DNA of 26,094 bases from Sarea resinae (GCA_026026165.1 JAPEUD010000044.1:186001-212094), one strand, 5' to 3'; numbered from the stretch's first letter, positions 1 to 11,470 are shown. Notes: a model not told the origin generated them from the letters alone. Program-made: numbers and translations.

Positions 1-522
1 TGGAAATGGTACAACAAGAGAGATAGGTAGTAGTATTACATTCACATGGGAAGCTGGAAAGGATTGATGGATTGCATATGAAATGTACCTTGTACATGGA
101 CATAACATCGTGCCGCACAGCTTACCCACGCAGTCGTTACATTAACGTTGCATTAGCATTATATCGACATTGCGTTTCAAGGCATGGCGTAGCATTGCGT
201 GGTGTATGAATGCAAAGGATGTGGTATCGAACAGAAAGGCAGAAGAACAGACCAAAAGCGCTGAAAATCCATGTGACGCCCATCCTATACCTATTCCACA
301 TCCTCTTCCGAAGAACTGCCTGTACATACCAATGGTCGACGACCGCTACCGCTGAGGGAGCTGACAGTTTGAGAGGGTGATGCGATGTGTGACGTGATGA
401 GAAAAGATGAGACGAAACAGCCAAACAATACACAATAGACGATAGGCAAGCCTAAAACACGATAGGACAGGACAAAACAGAACAGAACCAAAAGCAGGGC
501 AGATCTAAGCCTGAGCCCAAGT

Positions 523-1453
523 CTAGCCCAACTTCTCAACACCGTTGAAGTCATTACAGGCCATCCATCGACTGCGGCTAAGTTCCCGCTCCTCGGTCAT
601 CTCGTCATCGCCCTCATAATTAAACAAATCCGCGATTTTCTCATCGCCGTACACAGGGGGTTGCCAGTCCCCGGGCTCCTTCGACATCGTTGCCATTGCA
701 GCACCCTTGCGATCATTGCAAGCCTCGATTCGCCAATCTTCCTCTTGGATCATCAACTTATTCCCATACTCGCGCACCTGCAATGCTAGCAGAAAATGCG
801 CGAGGGTGGTAGCGACAGCGCTGACGAAGACCACGGCCTGGAGGATGGCGACAACGCGGTGGCAGCTGGGCTCGGAGACGGTCCAATTATTGCCATGGCC
901 ATAGGGCGTGACGGGGACCGAGGCCGACGAGGTGGGCGATTGCGAGATGAAGCCCAGATTGGGGTCGCTGCAGAGGCTGTCGCGGAGGCCGGATAGCAGG
1001 GTAGCCGTTAGGAAACGTGGGATGAAGCAGAGGATTGTGTCGATGATCAGGTAGTTTGCGAAGATGGTGACGAGGAAGGCATGTTCCTAGGCTTGTGTCA
1101 GTGGTTTTTATGAGGAATTGGCTGTTTTGGATGCCAAGGGGAATTGCTTAGAAGCAGGATCGAATGAATATTGAAGGGTTACTAACTCTGATTGCACCGA
1201 TGAGGCCGAGGATGCTCAGCAGGCTGGCGAAATGCGAATACGCACAGAAGCTGAGGGCGAGGTGAAAAGAGTCATCGGGAAGGTGATGGAACAGGTAGGC
1301 CGAGAGAGTATTGTAGATGATGGCAACGGCACTGAGAGTGATGGTGATGGTGCTGTCGCGTTCAACGATTGCATCGTCAGCATGAGTCGCAAGCACCAAC
1401 AGATGGAATCATCCGGTCGTAGAGCAGACTTACCGATATTTGAGAGCTGCCAT
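523..1453 (-). CDS. Hypothetical four-transmembrane (tetraspan-like) membrane protein, ~249 aa; exons 1453-1434, 1352-1187, 1086-523
   Basis: ATG at 1453 (MAALKYR). Intron 1433-1353 is GTAAGT..CTGAC..CAG and intron 1186-1087 is GTTAGT..CTGAC..TAG. Exon lengths 20+166+564=750 nt keep frame to the stop at 523. There are four hydrophobic segments (TITITLSAVAIIYNTLSAYLF; FASLLSILGLIGAI; FLVTIFANYLIIDTILCFIPRFL; VVAILQAVVFVSAVATTLAHFLLAL), a Cys pair in the TM3-TM4 loop and an acidic C-tail. The model joins ORF-track fragments 1148..1399 and 523..834. Confidence 0.8.
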
Positions 1454-1644
1454 GATGGACAGTTGGAAAATCAAAACAATTGCGTCGCTCGATGATGCAA
1501 ATGCTTGTGGCGCTGCGAGACCCTCGAGCTATGGATGCACGAGTGATGATGCTGGGATGCGGTGATTGGACACGCGATCACGATCCTGTCTCTTGGAGTG
1601 CTGGTGTACCTGTCAGGGCCCGCCTTGTCGGTCGGAAGGTGCGA

Positions 1645-2466
1645 TCACTCGGCGGCAGCGGTATCAACGGCAGCTGCTTCACCGTCGGCAGGAGCTTCTT
1701 TGTTGACTTCAGCAGCAGGTTCGGCGGCTGTCTCTTGTGTTGTTTCCTCTTCCTGCTCGGGGGGATGTTCAGAAGACTTTTCTCCTTCGTCTTCCTCGAC
1801 GGTAGGTGCTGGAGGCGGCGGAGGAGGATCGGCAGAGGACTCATGAGCAGCAGCATCAGCGTCATCAGGCGACGAAGGATCTGCCGCTGGGGCCGGATCT
1901 GGCTCTCCTCCAGCTCCTTCGTGTCCGTGCCCGTCAGCGTCTTGGTCAGCATCAGCAACGGCTGCGGCAGGCTCGGGCTCGGGCTCTGGCTCCTCTGGAA
2001 CTGGCTCCTCTGGCACTGGCTCTGGCTCTGGTACGGGCTCTGGTACGGGCTCTGGCGCTGACGCTGGCGCTGCTTCTGGCTCTGGCTCAGGCTCTGGCTC
2101 GGCGATAGCGGGAGCTTCTGCTGGCGTTTCATCGGCTTCGGCAGCTGTCTCGCCTATTCCGCCGCCCGCAGCACTACTAGGACTAGGGTCAACAACGACA
2201 CCACCACCACCACCACCACCACCACCACTTGTACCTCTTCCGCTCCTTTGAGCCCGTCGACTACCTCGACCTCTGCGATTTCGTCGACTACTCCGACGAC
2301 TATATCCGCTGCGCGCTTTCTCTATGTCCTCATCAAAGGTGATGTATCGAGGCGACCGTTCGCCCAGTTGCCGCGGATTCGTCCAACAATAGCAGAATCC
2401 AATGACCACCACACAGAGGATGAGGGCACCGAACAGGATAGGAAGAACGGTACCGACCACGGTCAT
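1645..2466 (-). CDS. Hypothetical single-pass membrane protein with basic Arg-rich patch, poly-Gly and long acidic Pro/Glu/Ala low-complexity tail, ~273 aa
   Basis: First in-frame ATG at 2466 (the track start at 2529 is GTG). N-terminal hydrophobic helix VLPILFGALILCVVVIGFCYCW, then RRSSRRNRRGRGSRR, poly-Gly and PEPEPEPE/PEPV repeats, ending at TGA 1645. No intron is needed. Confidence 0.7.
   Translation of the reverse strand: MTVVGTVLPILFGALILCVVVIGFCYCWTNPRQLGERSPRYITFDEDIEKARSGYSRRSSRRNRRGRGSRRAQRSGRGTSGGGGGGGGGVVVDPSPSSAAGGGIGETAAEADETPAEAPAIAEPEPEPEPEAAPASAPEPVPEPVPEPEPVPEEPVPEEPEPEPEPAAAVADADQDADGHGHEGAGGEPDPAPAADPSSPDDADAAAHESSADPPPPPPAPTVEEDEGEKSSEHPPEQEEETTQETAAEPAAEVNKEAPADGEAAAVDTAAAE
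1972..2101. repeat. Coding minisatellite-like repeats (GGCTCT/GGCTCG/GGCTCTGGTACG) encoding PE/PEPV repeats
   Basis: Tandem 6-bp and 12-bp units visible on the + strand inside the 1645-2466 CDS. Confidence 0.8.
2201..2227. repeat. (CCA)9 microsatellite encoding poly-Gly on the - strand
   Basis: ccaccaccac caccaccacc accacca read directly from the sequence. Confidence 0.9.
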
Positions 2467-5224
2467 GATTCCGCTCCCGATGAATTGTGTACTGCACAGT
2501 ACGATGAATACGCTTTGTGCGTTGGTCACGACAGGTGGTATGGCCGGATTCGGATTAGCGCTTCCGTTGCCGTCCGGTCGCTGTAGGATCTCCTTCTGTT
2601 TCGAGATCCTTCGAGTAATTGGCCTCTTGGCGGCTCGATCTTCGCGATCCGAACGATGTATGTACTTTGCTGCCTAAGGGAGGTGCGGAGGTACGAGGTA
2701 CGAAGTACTACGGAGTACTCTAAACGGGCAGCCTGCTGAGCTTTGGCAGGAAGGTAGCGAGTGAGGTCACTTGCACCGAGAACAGTCCGAGGTCGAGGAT
2801 CTCTTGGAAACTTAATCGAACCTTATCGAACGCATAGAACTCGAATTTTTGATGTCGCTCTCGACGATCTGGTTTGGTTTCGACCTTGGCGATAAGGAGC
2901 AGACTGTGCCATCTTGTAGGCTTTTGTCTGACCCTTGCCCTTCACGGAAGGGGTATCTCGGAGTTGAGATGAGAGCACGACACGTCAATCATCGTTGCTG
3001 TCAATCTGTCAACGTCGTTGACGCCCATCTGCCAGTCGCGGATTCCATGCAGTGATGGAAGTGTACTTTGTACAGCAGTTCGCATTGAAAGCATTCCGCA
3101 GGCAGCCTCGCTCGACAGCATCCCACGTTGTCGCCTCTGCATACGGATCTGCATTCAGAGGCGTCGATGATGCCAAGTCTCTCAGCGGCACGCAAAATCG
3201 CTCGAACGACGGACCCTTGCCCTGCTGAAATCGCTACATCGGGCCACGATTGATATTCATATCTACAGCCTCGTGGTGCTATCCATCCAGGCGCGGACCA
3301 TTTCGCCGTCTTCGCGATTGGTACTGTTGCTTTCTATTGCTCCTATCAGAGCCGTGCCGCTACGTCTCATGCATGAACTCATTGGAGAGCCGTCGATGCT
3401 ATATTGTCATCTCTACCTTGGTAATTATCGCCTCTTCCTACAGGTAATACTGCGGTATTCCTCATGATTCTGGAGATGCTTGTGTCGTCCGAGCGTCCAG
3501 CCCCAATAATAAAACCCTACGTAGAATGATTTAGCAACACCTCAGTGACCGGAGACATCTTCATCCTTGGATGTGTCTAGTAACATTGGTATTGCGCTGG
3601 CAGTCGATCCCAGGCTCGAGCATTCATGAGAGTGCCAGCCGTCCTACCCCGCAAAGTGATCCTGCTCAGTCCTGTTAGCAGCGACGCGCCGAGCCTTTTC
3701 ATTGGCCGACTCGTTCAAGTTCCTAAGGTCAGTCGAATGACATGCAGACAAAGGGAGGCGGCCCATCCCGCAAGCCCACTGACACACGGAAAAAGCGCTA
3801 AAGCCGAGGCCATTCTCGTTGTGTCTTGCAGACGAAGTGCATCGAGTCCAAAATCCCAAACACGGAACGATGGTTTGTTTTACATCTCGGGAGTAGATAT
3901 CGAGATCTCATGTACTTCCATGATCTGCAGATTAGTGACTTTGAAAAACAGATGGAGCAGTAGCAGGGCATGTTGGGAGTCTTCTACAAATCGCTCTAAC
4001 AGGAGTCCCATAAAGTGGCAGTTCGTTGTTATTGATCGGGACTCGAAATCTGGACTCGAATTCAGGAACAAAGCAAGTACGGTAGCTGGCATATATATCA
4101 CGGTTTGGTGGCGCGTCTCGATCTCCTGTCCTTTCAGCACGAGATAGTAGCGATTCAGGATCCATTATCGACAGCGCCTGCCAAATAAGACCATAGCGCG
4201 CGCGCCCCCAGATCACAGCATTACCTTAAGGTGGGCATTTGGCGACTTGATACTTGAGGCGTGGACCTCAAACCACCGATGCTGGTCTCTGAGCGCGGCT
4301 AGCAGTCCTGCAATCTCTTTATCGATACAGCGGAGGGTCGGTGAGTACTTCGTCCATGATTCCATCTCCCATACACGACGACTAGCAAGTATCGCCGAAT
4401 TATTCTCACGATTTGATAAGATTGGACCTTGCAAGTCCGAGACGAGTCCTAGATATGAAGGAGGATCGCATCAGTCATACACCCTGCACGCCCATTACGG
4501 CCATTAGTCATTTTCCCGAGATCAAACTCATTGCCGGGAGTCTATTGGCAGCCACGCAATGGGCGTGGGAATTATGCGCCCAAGATGGGCAGAATGGTCA
4601 CATCTGACGAGCTTTACCAGGCCGAGATCTAAGTGGCTGCGACGATGATTGAGTGCATATGCGCGATCACCAGCATCATTTCCTTTGTGTCTCTCTCTGT
4701 CATATCCGTCTCTCCTCTCAAGAGAATACAATGTTTTCGCCTTCGAGCTTGTGGATCTGGTCACTATCGACGACTCTTGCTGAACAGAAGGAGCAGAGGT
4801 TCCAAGGTCACGCATGACCTCCGATTGAGAATGCAAGGTCTCGGATTGGCAGAGGTCATCAGCGACCGCTTGATGAGATGCCCACCGTATTGAGAAGGCT
4901 GGATGGCCATTTTTTTGTGGCCTCTAGTCAACCTACCTCATCAATCTAGTTGCTGCTGTCCATGGTTCGGCCGTCAAGTGCAATGGGCATGAGAGCGGAT
5001 GAGAACAAGAGCTGAAGGAGAGATACTACTGAAGTACTGCGCAGTAGCTCGAGGCACCTGGCAGAAGTCGCAGCCGTAGTGTGTGCTCGTAGAGAAGGTA
5101 CCGCCGGTCACTGATGGGGGTGCCTCGTACCTTGTGCCTTGTGCCTTGTGCCTCTCCTCCCACGGTAGGGGATTTCATTCCAAACTCACCTTACAGGTAC
5201 CGCAACGACCACACGTCCCTCGAT

Positions 5225-5315
5225 GGTACGAGTGCCGGTACGAGTGCCAGTACTCGTCCTCGTACTTTCCCTTCGTACCCCTCGTACCCTCCGTACCCTC
5301 CGTACCCTTCGTACC
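5225..5315 (+). repeat. GTAC-core tandem repeats upstream of the nucleotidyltransferase gene: (GGTACGAGTGCC)x2 then (CYYCGTACC)x5
   Basis: 12-bp unit at 5225-5236 and 5237-5248. 9-bp units start at 5271, 5280, 5289, 5298 and 5307. Confidence 0.85.
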
Positions 5316-5852
5316 TCCTTCTCCATACTCGGAGTACAATTCACGTATTCACGTCCCCGACCCTGTACTGTACGCTCTGTACCACCACTTTACGTCCATC
5401 AATCACCTCGTCCACCTCTGTTCATCGTTCATCTCGTCGGTCGTCCATCGTGTACGCCAACCGCCAGAGAGAGAAAGACATTGGAGATCGAGAGACTTGC
5501 ATCGTATCTGCTGCTTCATCGAGCGCGATCCTCAGCGTTTGTTCGGATGACTTGACCCTCTTCGTCGTTGCTCGCTCCCTCTCACTCACTCTTTGTTCTT
5601 TCATTCGTGGGGCTAGCGACATCAAGCTGCCTGGGCCATTCTATCCTCTCAACACCATCCCTTTCACTTCACCAGCAGTCCCTCGACTGCACGAGATCAG
5701 CACTCTGTGCTACGTTGGAGATCACATCCAGCCTCACCTTTGCGTAGTTACGGCACGCTGCACTTGACCGGCCGCCGTCATCACTTGACGCGCTCCAGGT
5801 TCGTCGGCGAACCTTCGGGTGCTCTCCAGCTGTCCGCCGTCAAAGGGGTTTG

Positions 5853-8800
5853 ATGGGGGGTCATCAGAGTCTCTCACCGAACTCTCAAGCCTCGCATTGC
5901 CCGCAAGGGAACGACGCCCATTATCAATCCAAACGGCGAAACACTGCGTTCTCTTCATCCCCTGAATCCGCTGCAATCGCCGGGTGGCCGCCAGCTCTCC
6001 CGCACTATACGCCTCAGCCAGTCCCCATTCCGATCTATTCTCCTCTCTGGCAATTCTATCAGCTCAGTCATATTCACCAGAATCCTCAGCTTCTTTCGGC
6101 ACCGCCACATCCGCCTGGCGGTCTGTCCAAGACTCAGAAACGCACTGTGTCAGCTACCTCTCACCCGACGACCCCACGAAGGGGCCCAGCACCTAGGTCA
6201 AAGGACCGACAAGAGGCTATCCATGGGAACATTGGTGTACCGGAACGTAGCAAAGGTGGAAGAGAGGTTATAGCACCTACAGGCACCGCCAACATGCTCG
6301 GCGCAAGACCAGAGGGGTTTCCCCAAAGCATGCCTGTGCGACCGGCACTCATCTCACACCAGTCGAACTCCGTACCGTCTACCCCCCAACAGCGCGCTCG
6401 CAAGATGTCATTTGAGTCCCGATCACCATCTCCCACCGCACGCAGTGCCAATCACTCTCCTCGATCTGCGTACTCCGAGTCCAGCCGGACATTACCACCT
6501 CTAAGGAAACTACCGCCATCGGGATGCAAATTCGAGACGGGTATGGCATACTCGAGACGACGAATGCCATATTCTCTCGGAGGAGACAAGCTGGAGAAGG
6601 CGAAATCGATGCCCAAAAAGCAACTAAATCCAAAAGAGGAGAGCAAGCTGAGTGGGGACATGCGGGAACTCTACGACCGGTTACTGCCATCTGCCGAAAG
6701 CGATCAAAGAAGAGGCATCTTCGTACGAAAACTCGAGGATCTGCTGAACAACGAATGGCCTGGTAACAGTATCAAAGTGAATGTTTTTGGATCCTCGGGA
6801 AATCTGCTCTGCACAAGCGATTCGGACGGTTGGTTCTCCTAGAAGCATCTCGTCTAGGCTTATGATACTGATGTTATTAGTGGATATCTGTATTACGACG
6901 CCAATGAAGGAGCTCGAAAATGTGTGCATGCTGGCAAATGCACTTGCAGAGCGTATGTCCATCTCAGCCAGGCTCGCTATAGATGCTAACACAAAGTAGA
7001 CGGCATGGAGCGTGTCGTGTGTGTGCCTCATGCCAAGGTTCCCATTGTGAAGATCTGGGATCCAGAGCTTCAACTGGCTTGTGACATGAATGTCAACAAC
7101 ACGCTGGCACTCGAGAATACACGTATGATCAAGACGTATGTGGAAATTGATGAGCGCGTTCGACCCTTGGCAATGATAATCAAACACTGGACCAAGAAAA
7201 GGATATTGAATGACGCTGGTTTGTAATACACCATCTCGAAGCTGCCTCTCTTACTAATCGTTTCAGCTCTCGGCGGTACTCTCAGCTCCTACACTTGGAT
7301 CTGTATGATCATCAACTTTCTCCAGACTCGAGAACCTCCAATACTACCCGTACTTCATCAGCGTCCCCATCAAAAACGAACGATAGCGAGTGGGGAGGAG
7401 TCGTCTTTTGCCGATGACATTGACTCTCTCCGAGGATTTGGCTCAGACAACAAGGAGACTCTCGGAGAACTACTTTTCTTCTTTTTCCGCCACTACGGCC
7501 ATGAGGTAGATTATGACAAGGACGTCATCTCCGTTCGGCTAGGCAAGCTCATCTCCAAAGTGGAGAAAGGGTGGCACTTGATGCAAAACAACCGTTTATG
7601 CGTGGAAGAGCCTTTTAACATATCAAGGAATCTTGGTAATACTGCAGACGACACTTCGTTCCGCGGTCTGCATATGGAGCTTCGACGAGCTTTTACACTG
7701 ATTGCCGAGGGTGTCAATTTGGACGAATGCTGCGAGCAGTACATCTTCCCGGCAGAAGAAGAAAGAATCTGGGAAAAGCCGCCTCCTCAACCCAGACCAA
7801 TCTTATCTCGCAGTACGTCAAAGTCTGGTAAGGATGGCAAAGCAGGCGGGGGTGCTTCCAGAGGCGGCAGGTATACCAATTCTCACAACAATCGCAATTC
7901 ACAGGCCAGCCGCCGTGCATCTAGTGGTGCATTTTACGGGAGTAATGGGACTTTCAATACTTTCCAAAACCATCATCTCGCTTTCCCGAGTCAGCCTTAT
8001 TATTTGCAGGCTCATCAGACACAGCATCAGCTACACGATCAGCTCTTCCAACGCTATCAGCTCCTACAAGTCCAAGAGAACGAGCTCCGCTTCCAGTTGC
8101 TGCAGCAAGCGCACGCTCAGGCGAATGCTTTTGCCCGGGCACAAGCTCGAGGGCAAGGTCCGTCGAGGAGTGGAAGTCAACCTTTCTTGAACGGTCATCT
8201 GTTGGCATCTTTGGAAGAGCAAGCTGCTAGTATGGGTATTCGACCAGAACATTACCTGTACCATTTGCAGTATGGTATGCTCTCACCGCAAACACAGCAC
8301 GGCACTCAAACAAATCCATCCTCGCCTTCCATGGCTCCGGCTTCGCCCGAACTTCGTCGGAGTCTTCATCGATCATCGAATACCGACGGACCCTCGAATG
8401 GACCTCTGCGATCTCACTCACAGCCAGCTCGAGCCGTAGCAACTGCGCTCGGTATTCAGGGCCTGACTCCAGGAAATATTTCCGCCCACGGCCCAGCCGG
8501 TTCCGAATCCACGCAGCGTCCTGCCGCAGTTGCAGCAGGTCACGAGCAGCACACTGTCAGCAACGCGGGATCAGAGAAAATGCCGGGTCATTCACAGACC
8601 GATTCGCCTGAAGATACTCTGCCAAAGGAGTATGTGGGATATTTCCTGGGTGGCTCCCCTCCCGCTCGGCCATTTCCTCCAAATACCATCCTTCAGCCCA
8701 TTCCGGCTTACAATGAACTCGCTCAGCGTCGGCGAAGAGTGTCGCCTGAAGGCACGCCGCCTAACATCCTCGATAGGCGGGTCACCAGGTCGCCGTCTCC

Positions 8801-9746
8801 AGTTGCGCGTGATGGATCAAAGCCGGCCAATGGATTGCCAACTCCAAGAAGTGATGAATCCAATAAAGGGGGCCCTGTTCAAGGTGGTGGGCTGTTGATT
8901 GTCAATGGCTCTAATACTGCTGCACCTACCGGAGTCAACGGCCATCAGTTGTCTGCCAGTGATCGGACTTCATTCTCGGAAAACCGCTCCCGCAGCACCT
9001 CAGCTACTGGCTCGGATGCACATTGTCTCGATCACGTCACGGGGCCAAATTCGGCAGGCACGGCACAGCAAGTACCATACCCTGGGCACTTTTTAATGCT
9101 GCAGACTGAAGATGCCAAAACGAATACGGCAGATGCAGTCAACGGAAGGCCATATTTGATGAACAGCACCACAACACCAGTGGCATCGCCTCCGTCCACG
9201 GAAAATTCGCCTTCAAGGACCCCGACTTCTCGTTCCCAGATGACCAACGGAGATTACGGAAATTCTTCCCCAGTGACACCCACTAGTAGTCGCCAGCGTG
9301 CATCTCGGCGATTCAACGGTGTTCAGCCACTAGATCTTGGAGGGAAGCATGCCGAGCAAAAGTACGACCAGGCGCCGGCTGTCCTCCCGTTACTTTCGCC
9401 TGTGCGCGAGATGCGCACACCGTCGCCAACCACTAACCGTGGCGTTCAATCGACCAAGGAGCAGACTCGGAATATATCACACAAAGCCAAGGCCGACACG
9501 AATTCGCATCCACCATCAGACACAAGTGGCAAGCGAAAGTCCAGTGATGCTAACGGTAAAATGCCCAATGGGCACATGACCAACGGTCACAACAAAGGAA
9601 ATTCAAGCTCACAAGCGAGTGGCTGGCATCAATCAACAAAGAAGAACAATAAGAAGAAAAAGTCCGACGCTCACAAGTCTCATGCTTCAGGAAAGGCTCG
9701 TGGCGAGCCGCTTCCGGAAGACGAATCTCAACGGAAAGGTGGTTGA
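5853..9746 (+). CDS. cutA: Non-canonical RNA 3'-terminal nucleotidyltransferase (Cid1/Cid11/Cid13 family, PAP-associated domain; CutA-like), ~1248 aa; exons 5853-6828, 6881-6952, 7000-7218, 7267-9746
   Basis: The Pol-beta superfamily signature VFGSSGNLLCTSDSDVDIC is restored by splicing intron 6829-6880 (GTTGGT..CTGAT..TAG). Third Asp in LACDMNVNN. The other introns are 6953-6999 (GTATGT..GCTAAC..TAG) and 7219-7266 (GTTTGT..ACTAAT..CAG). Also GGTLSSYTWICMIINFLQ and the nucleotide-recognition motif LCVEEPFNISRNLG. Exons total 3747 nt in frame, with long disordered N- and C-extensions. The start ATG is the least certain part, and cutA orthology is inferred from motif and architecture. Confidence 0.9.
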
Positions 9747-11470
9747 TTGGCTTGTCACACGACAGTATATTCAAATCATTGACGTGTGTTGGAGATTGAC
9801 CACGATATTTGGTACATCCGACTTCAATCGAAGTTTTTCTCTGAAGACCCGGCAACTTAGAGAGTTCTATATGAAAGCAGGAAAATCCACGGCACAGATT
9901 GAAAATCAGCAAATGGGTGCCAGCTTCGTCCAGTGGACAGGGTCTTTTCACTTCATCTACGTACCTTGGATCTGGGGTTCAGGGTTGTTTGTTGGCGTTT
10001 GCAACACGGCCGGGTCTGGTTAAAGTTTGCAGGACGCTGTTGTTTTCTGTATTGACGAGATCTACGTTCCCATCGGTCCAGGCGTCCACCGGTTCTTAGC
10101 ATGATCATGACCATGGTCATGGTCGTTGTCACAGCTGCATCACATCATCGAGGAGCATTGCGTAGTGAGTTTCAGTTAGTTATTTCTCACATGCACGCAT
10201 GCCTACACATCTTTCACGTCTTTTTCGTTCTTACAGGCTGGTCTGTGACTGCCTGTTGCATTGTCCAAAATGGGAGGTGTAGTTCACTCTTCGAAGCAGA
10301 TCTGCAGCATTTTACTTTATCTCATTATTTGGGTATTGGTTGTTTCTTTCTCTATACCTGTAGGCATCAGCATAAGACCATGCTTGCTGCCATCTGAGTC
10401 GTGCCATCATAGCCTTGAGGCTCGTTTCTAGGCCTGGCCTGGAAAATCTGACTAGGCGGTTATCGTACCTCCGAAGGTGTTGGAGTCACCGAGACTCTCA
10501 AGCAGCGAGCTACGACCGTGAACCAAAGTTTAGCATCGAGGCGAACGAGGTCTCCTCTCCCTACAGTCAGCAGCACCATACCTCGATACCGCCGTTGAAG
10601 CCAGGGGCCAGACAATACACTGACAACATTGAACACTTGGAACCCCTCGACACCGATGCAGACCGACAGACTGGCGAACAGATCCACAAGCTCTCCTGCA
10701 CGAATCCTCAAGAACGCCCACTGATATACAACCCACCAAAACCGAACAAAGCCTCACCCAACCCATTTCAAAAAGAAGTTTTTCCTTTTTCCCTTTTTCC
10801 TCTGTACGCATGTTTATTACCCACTCTCGATGCGAATGATTCCCCGTCTGTGTATTTCTGTGTTTTCATCCAATTCTTTATGTTTCCCTTTTTCCTTTTG
10901 TAACGGAATGGGATGGGATGGACTTGAATGATCTTAGAGACAAGGATGGCATAGGGCGGGACGCAAGTTTTGCAAGAAAAGATGGACTAGATCAGTGAAA
11001 AGGGTGGAGTTGTGAGGGGGCAGCAATGGAAAGCATGTGTGGGTGGGGGCGGAGTGGAGTATATTAGACGGAAAATGAAGATCAAGACTCGAGTAAAGCA
11101 GAAATGAAATCCAAAAACAAATCTTAAACGAAGAGTGGGTGCTATGTAAGGGTGTATGTGATTATGAGTGATTGTGAGGGTGACTGCAATGATAAAGGTG
11201 AGGATGTATGAAAGACAAAGGCTGAGATGGGTGGCTTTTATTCAAGATGACTGACTGCATAGCAAGAACGGTCCGCTTGTTTGTATATCAACATGTCTGG
11301 TCATTATACTTGTACTCATATGGTATTATCTATTTCGTAGACGGAACGTAACAGCGGAACAATGACGATGACGACGACCAAATCAACCACAAATCGTAAT
11401 GAGAGACGGCAACCCAAATACGAGCGAGACACTCATCCCTCCTTTCTTGCTCTTCTCCTCCGGCGTGCAT

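Noticed and set aside
1480..2132. ORFs 1480..2061 (+) and 1578..2132 (-)
   Set aside because: Antisense and off-frame shadows of the repetitive PE-rich CDS. They have no ATG start and their composition is dictated by the repeats.
5035..5046. TACTG..CAGTA resemblance to a bacterial LexA/SOS box
   Set aside because: The spacer is far too short for CTG-N10-CAG and the DNA is fungal.
5225..5315. Repeat array considered as CRISPR-like
   Set aside because: Units are 9-12 bp, directly abutting, with no unique spacers, in a eukaryotic context with no cas genes.
5083..5555. Overlapping + ORFs 5083..5550 and 5223..5555
   Set aside because: Open only because of the stop-free GTAC repeats. Non-ATG or weak starts and no domain-like content.
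10415..10903. 162-aa + strand ORF between cutA and SLC35F
   Set aside because: TTG start with no usable ATG or clear upstream exon. It runs into low-complexity T-rich DNA in a convergent 3' region and has no recognisable domain.
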